A stretch of 64,000 nt of DNA from Lama glama. Taxonomy: Eukaryota. Made by a program: the position numbers and the translations under genes. Where the stretch lies: assembly GCA_028534125.1 (NCBI GenBank), contig CM052816.1, forward strand, positions 40,550,001-40,614,000, read 5' to 3'. The notes beneath the pieces are model-generated. The model saw only the letters and a list, made by a program, of their open reading frames with translations, did not search any database and was not told the origin of the DNA. Shown piece by piece: positions 24,270 to 39,112 of the stretch. Every line of letters starts with the position of its first letter. Position 1 is the stretch's first letter.

Positions 24270-24738
24270 GTGTTACTTTTCTAGGGCTGCCATAACAAAT
24301 GACCACAAATTGGATGGTTTAAAACAATAGAAATTTATTCTCTGACAGTTCTGGAGGCTGAGTCTGAAATCAAGCTGTCATCAGGGTCAGTGCTCCCTCT
24401 GAATGTTGTAGGAAAGGATCTTTTCTTGTCTGTTCCTAGCTTCTGGCTGTTGCAGACAGCCCTTGCACTCAGATTGTAGTAGCATCACTCATTGTCATCT
24501 TCTGTTTTCACCTAGCTGACTACCCTGTGCATCTGTCTCTTTCTGACATCGGTCATTGGATTTAGAGTTTATCTTAATCCACAATGACCTCACCTTGATT
24601 ATATCTGCAAAAACCATCTCCAAATAACATCACGTCTATAGGTACTGACTATGGGTTACAGTCAGGTCAAGATATGTTGAAGTCAGTTTACGACTTCAAC
24701 ATATCTATTTGCAGGAACACAATTCAACCCACAATACA
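24270..24738 (-). mobile_element. MaLR MLT1-type solo LTR
   Basis: ctagggctgccataacaaatgaccacaaa...aaatttattctctgacagttctggaggc...caattcaacccacaataca. Confidence 0.9.
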
Positions 24739-25585
24739 TACCATGAGCTTAACTTTCACATTAATGCATAACATAAATAATGTTTAACATACACTAATAT
24801 GTAACATATATGAGACTAAATAATTGAATTTTTGGAAATATTGGCATCCATTTTAAGGTAGTACAATATTCGAAATTCCACTGGTAGACTAGCATTACAC
24901 TTTTTGGAAAGCAAATTCAGATTAGGTAACACTTGTGTTTCAGCAAAAGAAAACAAAATGTGACCTGAAAAAGCTACCACTATGTCTCACCATATTTATC
25001 TATTTATTTGCTAATTATGATTGCTACTTCAGTAGTGTTAAGAGTTATTACTTGTCTTATTTGAAAAACTAATGGATATTGAATATTTGATTTTTTGAGA
25101 GTTCTACGTTTACAGGATTTGTGTGTGTAAATGAATCACTGCTCTCCAAATTCCTGGTTGAATCTACCAAGTTAACAGTGCTTCAACTTCTCATGGTTCT
25201 TTGAAAAAAAAAAAAAAGAATGTCTCAGTTCCTATCTAAAAGTTTTCCCTGAGTATCACAACCTCTAGTATCAAAGTGTTAGAAGATAATCTGCTACCAA
25301 TTCTTTCTCAGGGTTTATCTTTGTTTTCAGGATTGGGGTGTGCTAGCACTGTACTGCTGAGACTATCCTAGTGATACAGATGCTGTCAACAGAAAGAATA
25401 GTTTTTAACACTTTTGAAAGAAAACCTTTTAATATACACATTTTCCCCCTTTAATGATATTTTTATAATTTTCTATTTCTGAAGTGGGAAACTATCTTAA
25501 GAATACATATCAGTACTATGTTACAGAAAGAAATGATTGCAGGAGAATACATTTTACATATAATTATCAAATATTCTGTGATATT

Positions 25586-25619
<34 letters not shown>

Positions 25620-25631
25620 GTAATAATAATA
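25586..25631. repeat. (TAA)n microsatellite
   Basis: Directly visible. Confidence 0.97.
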
Positions 25632-25849
25632 CTCTGTATGTGTCTCACTTTATCCACAAAGCTAAAACTTTATACAATAAACACTAAACAAGTAATTTGA
25701 AAATATAGCATTTAAACAGAACTTAAATGAATTTATTCATTCTTAGGAAATATTTCATGTGGTTATAAACACTAGGAATATGTTAATAATATAGATTTAT
25801 TTTATTAGTTCTATTATATATATATTGGTTATATCATTTACTGAGGCAA

Positions 25850-27965
25850 TATTAATGTAAAAAAATTAACAAGTTGGATGAATAACATAAATATAAATTA
25901 AGTGACAATTTATATTCCCCAGTAAACACCACTCAAATGAGAGTATTTTTATTGTACCAGAATGTTTCTCTGGGCTACTTTCCAGGCAATTCCACTTCAA
26001 CTGTATTTTCCAAGAAGTAACTTCTTTGTGATTTCTATCATTATAGATTAGTTTTGTCTGTTTCTGAATTTTGTATACATGGGCTTATAAAGTATGCAGT
26101 CTTCGTATTTGACTTTTATTTGTTTAATATGATGTTTTTGAGAGTCTAATATAATGTTCTTTGAGATAACTGTTGTGTCAGCAGTTCATTTTTTCTTGAT
26201 TAGTATTCTGTGATTATGATATAATTTTTAATCCCTTCTCTTATTAATTAACATTTCTTTTGTTTCTAGTTTTTTTTTTATTATGAATAATGGTGCTATT
26301 AGCCTTCCTATGTATGTATTTTTATAATCATACATTCTTATTTCTGCTAAGTAAATATATCCAGACACAGAATTGATGGATTATAGGCAAGAAGCATGTG
26401 TAAGTTCATAAGAGACTACTGAACAGGTCCCTAGGTGGATATGTCATTTCACCCTTCCATCAGAATGTAAGCGAGTTCTAGTTGCTGCATATCTCCACCA
26501 AATTTTAATGTTACTGTTGAATTTTAAGAGTTTTTATATATTTTGAATAATTATCCTTCATCAAATAGGTCTTTTGCACATATTATCTTCCAGTCTTTGG
26601 CTTGTCCTCTCATTGTCTTGACAGCATCTTTCACAAGGCAGAGGTTTTGAATTTTAATGAAGTTTAACATCAGTTATTTATTTTATGAATCATGCCTTCA
26701 TTGTTTGTTGTTTCTAGAAAGTCTTTGCCAAATTCAAGACTATCCACGTATTCTCCTATGTTATCTTCTAGGAATTTTGTAGTTTTGAGTTTCACCTTTA
26801 CATCTGTATGCATTTATGTATGATCCATTCATATGTAGATTCGTTTTTTCATTTTCAAATTATTACATAATCATTCGTTAAAAAGAGTGTCTTTTCTCCA
26901 TTTTGTTTCTTTGCAACTTTGTAAAAGAGCAGTTGATTGTATTTGTGTGGGTCTATTTCTGGGTCCTCTCTTCTCTTCCATTGATTTATTTGTATATCCT
27001 TTCACCAGTACCACACTGTCTTAATTACTGTAGCTTTACAATAAGTCTTGAAGTTGGATAGTATCAGTTCTCTAACCTTATTCTCCTTCAATATTGTGTT
27101 GGTTATTTTGATTCCTTTGCCTCTCCATATAAATTTTAGGATCAGTTTTTCAAAATGCACAAAGTTTGGAATATGATAGCATTGAATGTGTAGATAAAAT
27201 TGAGAAGAACTGACGTCTTGATAATATTGAATCTTTCTGAAGATGAACATGGAATATTGCCCCATTTGTTTAGTTCATGTTTGATTTCTTTCATCAGAGT
27301 TTCGTAGTTTTCCTCATATAGATCTTGTACATATCCTGTTAGATTTATACCTGAGTATTTTATTTTGGGGAGTGCTAATGCAAATGTTGTTTTTGTAAAA
27401 AAAAAAAAATTTCAAATTCTAATTATTCTTCGCTGGTGTATAGGAAAGCAATTGACTTTTATATATTAACCTGCAACATTTCCGTAATCACTTATTAGTT
27501 TCAGGACTTTTTTGTCCACCTTTTGGATTTTCTATATGGAAACTATTTTCTGTATCATCTGTGAACAAGGGCAGTTTTGTTTCTTCCTTCCCAACCTGTG
27601 TTTTTTTCAAATTTCCTTTTCTTTCCTATTTATTTATTTATTTATTTTATCTAGGACTTCCAGTATGATACTGAAAAGGAGTGGTGTGTGGGGGCATCCT
27701 TGCCTTGTACTTGACTTTAGTGAGAAAGCTTCTAGTTTCTTATTACTAAGTATGATCTTACTTGTAGTGTTTTTGTAGATGTTTAAAATAAACTTGAGAG
27801 GGGCAGGGTATAGCTCAGTGGTAGAGTGCATGCTTAGCCTGCACAAGGTCCTGGATTCAATCCCCAGTATCTCCATTAGATAAACAAAACTAATCCCCTC
27901 TCCATAAACAAACAAACAAACAAACAAATAAAATTTGATGAAGCTCCCCTCTATTTTTAGTTTGA
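25850..27965 (-). mobile_element. Old L1M fragments (3'UTR and ORF2 C-terminal half)
   Basis: Minus ORF remnants such as LILKFIWRGK...FKTYCKATVIKTVWYW and [16 protein letters not shown] are L1 ORF2 motifs. Confidence 0.88.
27800..27925 (+). mobile_element. tRNA-derived SINE, camelid Vic-1 type, inserted in L1
   Basis: GGGGCAGGGTATAGCTCAGTGGTAGAGTGCATGCTTAGC...GGATTCAATCCCCAG, (AAAC)n tail, approximate TSD aaataaa(c/at)ttga. Confidence 0.9.
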
Positions 27966-28879
27966 GACCAACTGATTATTAATTTATAGAAAAATCTAAC
28001 TTAAATCACAATCTAATTCAAAGTCACTTAGTGGCATTTAGAGGATTAACTTGTTAAAAATATTAAAACTTTGTTAGGAAAATTAATATTCAAAAAGGAG
28101 TCTGATTTAGAATGCTTCCTATTAGAACAAGGCATTTACTATAAAACAGTATTTGTTAATACAGGTTATTGAAGTGACCGATAGGGAACCAAATGAAGTT
28201 TGGTAAAAATCCAAGATTAAATGTAAAATCAATAGGTATGTAATTTTACTCATGTATTATAGTGGTCTTCTTCATTTCATACTTATTAACAGAGTCAAAT
28301 ATAAAACTAATCTCTGTATTTTATAGGTATATTTGAATAGATAATTATCTTATTTAACAAAGAGGCTTGGAGAATGATAGAATAATTGCTGTTCCACATG
28401 AGTGCAAAAATTAACCTGATTTTATTTTAACCTGATGATGTTAAATACATTCCCAGATTCTTTGGAAAATATTAAATTAGTAAGTGATTTCTTACCAAGT
28501 ATAGTGATGTTTGAACTCTCTACCAGCCTTGAGGAATGTACCTTACTCAAAAAAAAGAAAAAAAAAGACTTCTGAATCCTATTGTGAAGATAAAGGAATT
28601 TCTAACATAGAGATTGCAGTTACTCTCTGTTCTGCTCCAATATGTGCTTCTACCAACCGGCTGTATGTGACTGTTAAATGGGAACTGATGTTAGTGCGAC
28701 AGCAAAGTTGTGTTGGTTCATGAACACTTTGACTAAGGCGTAGTGGAGAATTTAATTATTTCCTTTGACAGTAAAGGAAAAAACTTCCAACTCTACACAC
28801 AGACCTGAACCCTCTTCAGTAGAATGGGACAATTAAAACAGAAAATTCTGAGCTCTGTTATCATTAAATTAAAAATTTG

Positions 28880-30170
28880 TGCCTGATATACCCATTTCCA
28901 GCTAAGATGTGAGATTGTGCTCATCATACAAGAAAATACGGGATAAATAGGCAAAATAATACTTTACTTTAAAGCTATCTAAGTGTACTGGATGCAACAA
29001 TATCTAAAAGACCCAATTCCAAAGAGAAGTTAGCCTTGCCTAAATGAGAAATGACTGAAGGCTGCAAGTTAAGGGAGGGTGAAGGAGGAGATATGCCATA
29101 GGAGAGACTTCTCTGGGATGAGAAGGACGAGTAAACTTTTAATGAAAGCTTGGGCTGGCATGGCTTTTGGAATCTGGAAGAGCCCCAACGTAAAAATAAA
29201 TCTGTGGACCAGACAGTTAACAACCCATTACAATTTGCTAAGTAAGCATCTGTGGGAATAGGTTGGAAAACTTAGGGATATCACAATGTTATCAGAAGCT
29301 TAGGTTCAGGGGCCCAGCTGGAATTCATTTCAGAGTTAAATTGAAATTAAATAAAGTTTCAATCCAGTCCCAGCTCAGCTCGACATATCATTAGCTTCAT
29401 CTTAACTCCCTGCAAGAGGAAAGGACAAGCCTTTACTGGGAAAAACAAACCAGAATAAAGGCATGCATATCAAACAGTTCACTATTTATTGCACCTTTAT
29501 TTAAAAAGTTGGACATGTAAAAAATTAAACTGTCTGTAAAGATGCAAGAAAATGTGACCCTGTAATAACTTTAAAATAATAATAAATAGAGGAATTCTCA
29601 GCTTCAGCTTAGGATATATAAAGCTGGAAGGAATGCTGCTCTTATTGTTTTACTATATAAAAGCTAGATGTTCTATATGTTCCTTGAACATATCAGAGAG
29701 CTGAGATCACAGGCAACAAACTCATCTCAAATCCAAGGAGAGGCAGATGCTTCCATGGAGAGATGCAGCATGAACACTTTCCTCCCTGGGGCAGGCATTG
29801 GGAAAATTACTGATTGATAAGAATTAAGTGGTCTAGTAACACATTGCTTATGGCAATTGTCGGGTAATGTATGGGTATAGAATATGAAGGAGCAACAGAC
29901 ATGAGCAAGGGGTGTTTGCATTTGTAGGCTCTTCTCCACAGACGTTTCTGGGTCCTCAAGAGAAAGACTAGGGTCATGGGAGAGCTTGGAAAAGCTTTCC
30001 CTTAGGAGAGGGGTGTGTGACACAGTCACTGTTGGAGAGGCACAGTGCCCCACTGGATACTGTCTCCCCAGCAGCACTGCATCCAGTGCTCTTAGATGGC
30101 TTTTTATTTTCGAGGATATGGCACAGGTGAAGACTAGTTGCACTTGGAGGTGTCTTGTTTCCACATATTG
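28880..30170 (+). mobile_element. Probable old L1M 5'-region fragments
   Basis: Degenerate similarity to recalled old L1 5'UTR text (aaagctggaaggaatgctgct...agagagctgagatcacaggcaac). Weak. Confidence 0.4.
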
Positions 30171-30179
30171 CTCTCCTTG

Positions 30180-31665
30180 GTGTCTTGATTATTCCTTAGT
30201 CTATGTCTCTCCATAAAATTTTAGAATATGTTTTTAAAGTTTTAGTCATGTTTGCATACACAAACTCACACCAATACTTGCTAGGTTTTTTTTTTTTTTC
30301 ATTGAATCTATGGATCAATTTGGGTAGAAATGACAATGTTAAGTACTGGAACTTCTAATCATGAATGTTTCTCTTTATTTATTTGGCATTTTTTATTATA
30401 TGAAGTTTTAATGAAGTTTTATACTTTTCCAGAAGGTTGTTCCATATCCTTTTGTTAGATTTGTTTCTTTTTTAGTTTTCAATTTTGAAGCTTTTGTAAA
30501 TGACATTTTAACATTTATATTAGCATCAAAATGTGAAATATAGATAAATCTGACAAAATATTTCTAAGAATCAAACACTAAATCTATAAACACTTCTGGG
30601 AGAAATTAATGAATAAAATAACATCTAAAAATGATGATATATACTGTGTTCATGGGCCAGAAAACTTAACATTGTTAAGATGTTTGGTCTGCTAAGAATT
30701 TCCCATAGATGCATGCAATCTCAATAAAAAAGTGCAGCAGGCTTTTAAAGTAGAAATTTAGAAACTGATTATAATAATATTTATTTATATATATTTATAT
30801 GGCAATGCAAAAGATTACCTACAATAGCCAATACAATATTGAAAAGAAGAACAAAAGTGAAGGAGTAACACTATCTGATATCAACAATGGTATGTAACTA
30901 AAACTATAATAATAAAGAGTGAGTTGGAGAAAAGGTATGAAAATGGATGAATGAAACTAAGTCCAGAAACCCACACATAGGGGACCACTGATTTTTGACC
31001 AAGGTGTAAAGACAATTCAGTGGAAAACAGGGTTAGTCTTTTCAAAAAATGTTGCCTGGACATTTGTATATCTTTATATAAAATAAACAAAAAATAACAC
31101 CTTAGATCCATATTTTGCACTAGACACAAAAGTTAACTCAAAATCTATTGTAGACCAAAGGTAAAAATGTAAATTATGAAACTTCTAAAAGAAAACATAG
31201 GAGACAATCTTCATAAACTTAAGTTAGGGATAGTTTTCTTTTTTTTTTTTGTAATATGGGACACCAAAAGCACTAACCATAAGTGGAAGAAAATCACAGA
31301 TTTGACTTTATCAAAATTCTCAACTATTAATCTTTGGTCAAAACTGTTAAGACAATAAGAGAAGCCACAGACTGATGAAAACTATTTCCAAATTATATAT
31401 CTATTGAAGGAATTTTATCCAGAATTTATGAGTAATTCTCAAAACTCATTAATTAAACAAACAGTTTGATTGAAAAATAGGCAAAGGATTTGAACAGTCA
31501 CTTCACCGAAGAAGATGTATGGATAGTAAATAAACACGTGCAGAGATGTTCAACATCATTAGTCATTATGGAAATATAAATTAATTTCACAATAAGAAAC
31601 TGCTACATATATATTAGAGCAGGTAAAATTAAAAAGACTGACCATGACAAGGGTGTGGAGAACCT
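30180..31665. mobile_element. Old L1 ORF2 fragments, minus (~30180-30520) then plus (~30520-31665)
   Basis: attgaatctatggatcaatttggg (antisense), then aaacttctaaaagaaaacataggagacaatcttca and gatttgaacagtcacttcaccgaagaagat (sense). Confidence 0.8.
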
Positions 31666-32934
31666 CATGTCTTGTAACAATCATATGATGGTAAAAATAA
31701 TTTCAACTATTCCTTTTCAAATCTTATTGTAGCGCAATTTTCATTTAAAACTTTTCTACTAATTTTTAAACAGTGATTTTAACTTGACAGTACTATAGAC
31801 TAATTATAGGCATTTTTTTCCATTTAAATGGTGCTTGGCACCATTTACTGATGGTCACTTTTCATCACAAACTAGGTCAGCAAATTTGGAACAACTGTTT
31901 TGAATGGAATACTGAATAGATAGCTGTGCAGTGCACCTATTTTATGGTCCCTCCCCACCTATTTCATGGAAAGTGTTTTCAAGATTATACTCCATCTAAA
32001 TGTTTTGAGAATATAAAACTAGTAAGACTGATGAAAATGTATAGTAAATTGAGTATGCTGCCTCAATTTCTCAGAAGCATCATTTCACTTATGAATCATT
32101 GAGTAAATGATGCAGGTGGTACAAATTCACTACATTTATCACTGGAGATAAGCTTGTTTCGTAAACACAAAAACTGTGCTTTCCCAACAATGGAGAAGAA
32201 GGATGTATTATTAGGATAAAATTTATTATTTATGATAATGGTTTAAAATAATTATTTCAAATATTCACTGCCTTGATTTTAAATAATTTTTCTGACTTTT
32301 TGTCATATCTGATTTTATTATCATTTATTTTGACTTTCTAATGTGACTTATGGTATACATTTGATAGGATTAATGTAAATATCTAAATATCTAGTTGGCC
32401 ACTTTTTCATTTTCCTGGATGTTTATTGTTAGAAATATTTTAATAGAGTTTTGAAGAAATATTAATTATTTCCTGGTTTTTAGTATTGGTTTAATTGAAG
32501 TAAGATGTATGTTAAGAATTGTATATTATATATTAAATAATTATTATTTATATAAATATAATAAATACAAAATAATTGTGTATATTCAACATACATTGTA
32601 TATAAAGTTAAAGTATACCATATTAGATATAATAATAAGTACAAAATAATTATATATGTACTAAATATGTTTTATGTATCATATATAAATTTATATTTTA
32701 ACTTCAATTAAACTAATCTATATCTAATACAAGTCAAAACTAATATTTTTAACTTCAAATATACATACTATGTATATTTTATATATGTATACACACATAT
32801 ACCCACACACATCTTTCACTTCAGTCATTTGGGAACACTGGGTGTATTACAGCTGCATCGCCCTGAAGATGAATATTGGCACCAGTTTCACATTATGGAA
32901 TTAACACTCTTACATCATGGTTCCGTATATAGAA

Positions 32935-34220
32935 GTCATTCCTTTGCTTAATACATTTTTCAGTACTTACTCTCTGCTAGATACTATATAGCAATGAATA
33001 AAAGACAAAGTCCTATCCCTAATGAAGTTTACATTTTAAGAGTACATAGACAACAAACATATATAACATCAGCTAGTGGTAAGTGCTGTGAAATAAAATA
33101 AAACAGATAATGAGCACAGAATGAGATATATGTTTCATTACTTGGATAAGATAGGTCAGGGTAGGACCTATGATGTGACAGTTAAGCAGATAAATGAATT
33201 CAGTGTGAATTGGTGCCATGCCAGTTTTCTGGGAGAAGAGTAGGAGAAAGCACAACCTCTGAACTCTGAAGTATTTGCTTGGTGTATTCAAAGAATCCTA
33301 AGGAATGCAGTCTTGACTCAAATGATAAGAGCAAGAGAAATAGAGATGAGAAGACACAGAGTTTTGGGGGTGCATCTTCCTATGTTGTAGCTGTTGTAAC
33401 GTCATCATGTATTATTCTACATGTTGTAGAAAACTAGTGGAAGAGTTCACTAAAGAAGTGATTTGGTGAGACTGATGTATTCAAAAGGCCATTCAGATTC
33501 TATGGAAAAGGAGACTATATCTGGGAAAGGGTGGCAGCAGGAGATAAGTTGGGTGTAACTGTCCAGGCAACAAAGGATATTAATTGCAACCCGTAGTCAA
33601 AAGCAAGGGGATATACTGATGCTTTTGGTAAGAGACAAAGAGATGATCCAAGTTTGCCATAAAGTTTTTTTGGGGGAACATCTGATAAAGGGGAGGTGTC
33701 ATGTGGAGAAGAGCAGAGGCATAGGTAGAAATACATGTTTTAGCCCTGGCCTGGTGGTCTTGGATATGTAGTAGTCATCTAAGTGATGATGTCAGGCAGA
33801 TACTTGGATACATGATTCAGGATTTCTAGAAAAGCAATCAGAACTGTAAATATTATTTGGAAGTTATCAAAGTATGGATTAAAGTAATGAATGAAGTTAC
33901 CTAGGGAAAGATGTAAAGAGAGAAGATACTCAGAACAGAGGAGAAGCGCCCAGCAGCATTTAGATATGGGAAAGAAGAGGATGTAGTCAATGACACTGAA
34001 AAGAAGCTGAAATATGGTGGGAAACAGTACAGTGAGGTGACCTGGAGTTCAAGTGCAAAAAATGTTTAAAGAACTAGGCAGTAGCCAGCTGCAATAATTA
34101 CCACTGAAAACTTGAATATAATGAAGATTGCCACTTGGCCCGTGGAATTGGGCACGATGAATAAGTCAGTGATCCTGTCAAGAGCTATTCACAAGATTTG
34201 GGGGATAAAAGTTTGAAGTA
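32935..34220 (-). mobile_element. L2 LINE 3' portion
   Basis: Starts with an L2 3'-end antisense pattern (cattcctttgcttaatacatttttcagtacttac...) and continues with purine-rich L2 text. Confidence 0.75.
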
Positions 34221-35377
34221 TTTTAAAATTAAGAATAGAATTTAGAAGTTATGTTTCTTCCTACACCGCAAGGGACCATTCTATGCTCTCCAAAAAAATA
34301 TACTGGCTTGTACGCACTCATGGATGTTTTCTTCATGGAAGCATCTAATCTGATGTCGTTCACTACTATATTTCTTTTTCTTGGAATCTTACCAGTTATA
34401 TACATGTGCATGAAGTTATGAAGATTATTGACATAAGTTCCTTAACTGTCTTTTATTAACTGAGAAATTAGAATATGGATTAAGTTGATAAGTTTGAATT
34501 AAGTAGAAATTTGATCAACTTCATTTTAAATCCAATTTTCCACTATATAGGAAATTATATAATTCCCTTGCCCATTTCTTGATTATCTTCTAAGAACCAA
34601 GAGTGATTTATTTTTCTTCTCAGTTGGACTTTGAAGTTAGTGATAAGAATGTAAGTAATATTTGTGACTTCTTATGCCACTCTACCAATGGGGATGTCAA
34701 TAAGTTTGAATTTATAGCTCTGGTTTAATGACAAATTTGTTATTTTTGAGATGAGATCTCAAAAGAATGGGTTGGTTTCTATAACCTCTAATGTAGAAAA
34801 GAAGTGATTAACAAGACTTCAGTCGGTGCTCTTATAAAGTTTCAATTTCACAATCACATGTGAAATGCATTATATTACACTGTTTGGACTTTTGTGATTG
34901 CTGTGAAACTGTACAGAAAAATACATGCATGCCTAAAAATAAAAGTTCCTTTGACTTCTACATATTATTCTCAAGAGCATCTGCATTGATTCTGCTCCCC
35001 TCTCATTTTGCTTTTCTTCTGCATTGAACACTTCTGTTGTCTAGAGATTTTCCTGACATCATAGATATATGTGGCAGATTTTGGATTGTTTTGTGTGAAG
35101 AATTTAGGGTTTCTGCCATCAATGTTTTTCAGATAGATTTAAAAAAATCAAGTTGGGAGGTAAAAACTTATCCATTGTGTTATTAAAAATATTTTTACCA
35201 TCAATATTTGTTGTATATTTTTATACCCAGCTGGAATTTTCTTTTCTCCTGTAACCAACAAGTTTAACAAGCATGAATCAAGAAAAAATTGTTACTATTT
35301 CCCATTGACCATTTAAAATTCATTTAGTAGGGTAAGTTTTTGTTATGACACTGCATGAAAATTATGGAATCATGACT

Positions 35378-35612
35378 AAAATTTTTTATTAAGATGTAAT
35401 TGACAATATAACATTGTTTTAGTTCCACATGTACAATGTAATGATTTGATATTTGTATGTATTATGAAATGATCACAAGAAGTCTAATTAACATCCATTA
35501 TCATGCATAGCTACAATTTTTTTTCTTGTCACAAGAAATTTTAAGATCTGCTTTCTTAACAACTTTGAAACACACAGTATAATATTATTAACTATAGTCA
35601 CCATGCTGTACA
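35378..35612 (-). mobile_element. L1MA-type 3' terminus
   Basis: ttttttattaagatgtaattgacaatataac...actatagtcaccatgctgtaca; TSD aatcatgact on both sides. Confidence 0.8.
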
Positions 35613-38611
35613 AAATCATGACTTTATGGTTATTCTTAAGTAATGAAAGCAGGTTGCTATTAAGTAATTTAAATTTCTAGTTTCATCAATTAATCACAAC
35701 TCTAATCTTGGTTTAGGGTTAAATCTTTTCCATCCTCCCCGATGGGTCATACTCACATAAGGCACGTTTTCTGCTCAGGTGGGATATGATGAAGGTTGTG
35801 GACAGTTCTCTCTTCCTCTGGCTTGTTTATCATGAATCTTGACCCCTGTATGGTTGAGATATGGATGGAAAATAAAGGGAAGTGAAGACTTCTTTGTCTT
35901 TATAATCATTTAAGATTGCCTCAAATACTTGGTCTAGGCAAAGGTTTAAACTTGATTCTCAGGTAGGACATTCTATGGGTTTGTAGACTACTTACTGTTC
36001 CCTTCCACCTGCAACTTCCATGTCACAGACAATAAAAATATTGTTACACTAGCTGCTGCTCTTTCCTCAGCTCCTTAGTGGTTTCCATTTTCTTCCTTGT
36101 CATCTGAAGGTCTTGGAGGACTGAATATAAAATCTTTCTTAAGCGATTCATCTCAGTCTTTGAGAAATACAATTTGCCATGCTATTGATGATGCTATTTC
36201 CCAAAACATTCCCTCTTTCTCCCTCCCTCCTTGTGTCTCCTTCTCCCCACCTGCTTACGTGTTACCACACGCCAGTAGTGGTGGAATCCAGTCTTCCGTT
36301 CTTCTGGCATTATATATCAGACACAAGCCCACAGGGTCCCATTACATGTGGGAAACAAGTACCACTGTTTCTGAGGTGTTTCACTGTTGCCCTTGTCCTT
36401 AGGTTTAAGGTAAAGGGCGCCACACACTCCTTTCTGCTTCTTGTGAATGTTGAAACTTGCAACTGTTCCTAAAAATACATTTCCCATTAATTCTCTCCCA
36501 CAAAAATCTCTTTTTAATGCTTTGTATATGCCTAAAGTTAATGAGAGAATTCAGAAGCCACCTACGTATCCTTTATAAATCTACATATTGGTTCGCCTCC
36601 CTTCTCACTTTGATACTTTATATATAACTCATCTCAGGCACCAATCAAAACTTGCAGTTTAACGTCTTGTAACACTGTCGAGATGGTTATGTTTATGGTG
36701 TGCTTAACCAATCATTTGAAGTCAGAGAAAATCACTGTGTTGTGCTTCATTACAATTGATGCCACCACCCTTCTTATGAATCTTCTATTTATTACATTTT
36801 AAAGTAAGTGGTCTTATCTTTAATTTTATTTTATAAATTTCAATAATTTAACCATTGTGGTGTAAATATGGACATTTAAGGTCAGTAAACAACTAGGAAT
36901 TTCTCATATTAGGCATGTAAGTGAAGAACGTAAACTTAGGATCATCCAAGAAATGATTATAATTTTACTTCATTAATTCCAATATGATTTGTTTAATATA
37001 TGTGACACATTATGTATTTAAATGCTGGTGTTTCTGGTACTAAGCAGGAGGGCGTGACTCTTCCCTAGGAAGTGTTTTCCCCTGATGCAATAGATGCGAG
37101 ACCATTTTGTATGATTTAATGTGTTGCAGCGGGAAAAGATAGTTCCAGTGAAGCTCCTAGCATTTTGTGAACATTACTTAACAGTATAAAAATCTGCATA
37201 GAGTCTCTACAGTGAAAGGAAAAAAGGTCCAGGGAGAGTATTAAGTATTTTTCCATCTTTATGTGGATTTTACTCATTCTTGAAAAATTGTCATTTCTAT
37301 GAGGCTGTGAATTTGATCATAAACTCATCTTACTTGAGATAAGAACAAGTCTGGGCATTACCCTTGGATAGAATTAATTAGCCTGCTTGTCATTGTTACT
37401 GGTTTGATTTTTTTCCTACTTTTAGACAAAATGGTTTCTGTTTTTCTAAAATATATTTTATGGGTGAATGTAACTCTAGGCAACTAAAAATTCCCTACTT
37501 TACAGAAAGCATTATTTTCTCTATGGCATGAAAATAAACTGGGATCCCCCTCAGGTAGGAGCAGTAGATATGTAAAATAGAAGGATTTTTATTCTGCAGA
37601 ATAAAGAATGTATTAGTCTTGCTTACTGTAAAAATTTGACTAAAATATTGATATAGTTATGGTATTCTGACATCCTAGCCATTTTGTAAATGTCAAAAAT
37701 AAGCAATATGAGAAATCAATTTGTTTTTGTGGGTGGGGTTCTTTAAAACAGTTTCAAGTTTATTAAACAATGGCATGTGGCAGATATGGATATTTAGGAT
37801 TTGTGAAAATAAATTGGGGTAATTTTAAATGAATAAGAAAGTTACCTTCATTTTAGATGATGAAGAAAAATGAAGTAGTACCAGAATGAAATGGTGTTTA
37901 AAATGATGATTTTATTTTTAACAAGATTAGCAAATTATTGAATTACGAAACACATGTGGCAATAGTCACTAATCTTAAGTGCTATCAATCTGTGACCAAA
38001 TGAATAATTTAAAAGATGTTAATTCTATATTTTTGAAAGGAGCATTTAACTTACATATGCTTTAGCAAGGTGATGCACTTAAACTTTTAAGGAATTTAAA
38101 TATGAGAGTGCAGTTATTTGTAAATGGCTAGATTGGCTTCTTTCGAAGTCTTACAGAGTATGAATCATATTAATTAGTGATTTTGCTTTTGAAATATAAG
38201 ACCTACTTTTGCTAATTTTGACTTCATTCTAAAAGAAAAATTTTAGTGATGAGCTTTTCTTTCTGGTAACATCTTCAATTTGTTGATAACTGATTTTTCC
38301 CTCATATTAGGTGCCAAATACATTTTAGGTACTAGTTAATGAGATACTCCAATCTGACCAACTATATGAAATATTGAAAATATAAAAATGAATGGATAGT
38401 TTTCATCAGTGGGGGGAACTGCTTAATCACTGAGCTGTCAATCAAAGTCACTCTTGGGTCAGTGGCGATAGTGTTTGGTACTATGGATGCAAAGACAAGG
38501 GAATGCAAACACACCTTTGGGTACTTTTCATTTCTTAATTACCTTTTCTAATTTTATATAATTGTATAGTTCTTTCCTCTTATATCACATGTATCAGTTG
38601 ATGTTTGTAAG

Positions 38612-39112
38612 TACTGACTGAAGGAAAATTCGCAACCTAAAAGTTGCTAGTTAAATTTTATTCAGGGATCTATTGAAGGCAATAGCCCGCAGCACAGCTT
38701 CTCAAAATAGCTCTGAGGAACTGCTCCAAAGAGGTAAGGGATGAGCCAGGATATATACAAGGTGTTTTGTTTTTTTTTTTTGCTGGGAAAAAAAACCATG
38801 TAGTTGAACATAAAAAGATTACTTCCAATCACAAAGAATGGACGTCTTAAGTTAATGATTTTAGTTCTTTTCTATGTATGGAAAGATGCAAGGGTCTGGG
38901 TTCACTGAAATGACTCCTTACATACACATCACAGCTATCTAAAGCCAGTATCCAGAGCACAGAATGCTTCCTGTTTTTCTCCATCCTGAGATCCCCTCAG
39001 GGTGCGTCTTAGGTGGTCGGCTGCCGTGGCCGATGGCTTGATTTTTGTAGATTTGGGATGGCAGGTAACATTCTTTGTTTACTGGAATGGCAGACAATAT
39101 TCCCTATCTGCA
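38612..39112 (-). mobile_element. ERV1 solo LTR, MER41-like (artiodactyl MER41_BT type)
   Basis: 4-bp TSD TAAG (38608-38611 / 39113-39116); caacctaaaagttg...gctctgaggaactgctccaaagaggtaaggg matches the recalled family consensus. Confidence 0.8.

Noticed and set aside
35740..36675. Possible old ERVL/MaLR LTR-derived region
   Set aside because: LTR-like ending (...tgtaaca) but too degenerate to assign family or boundaries by eye.
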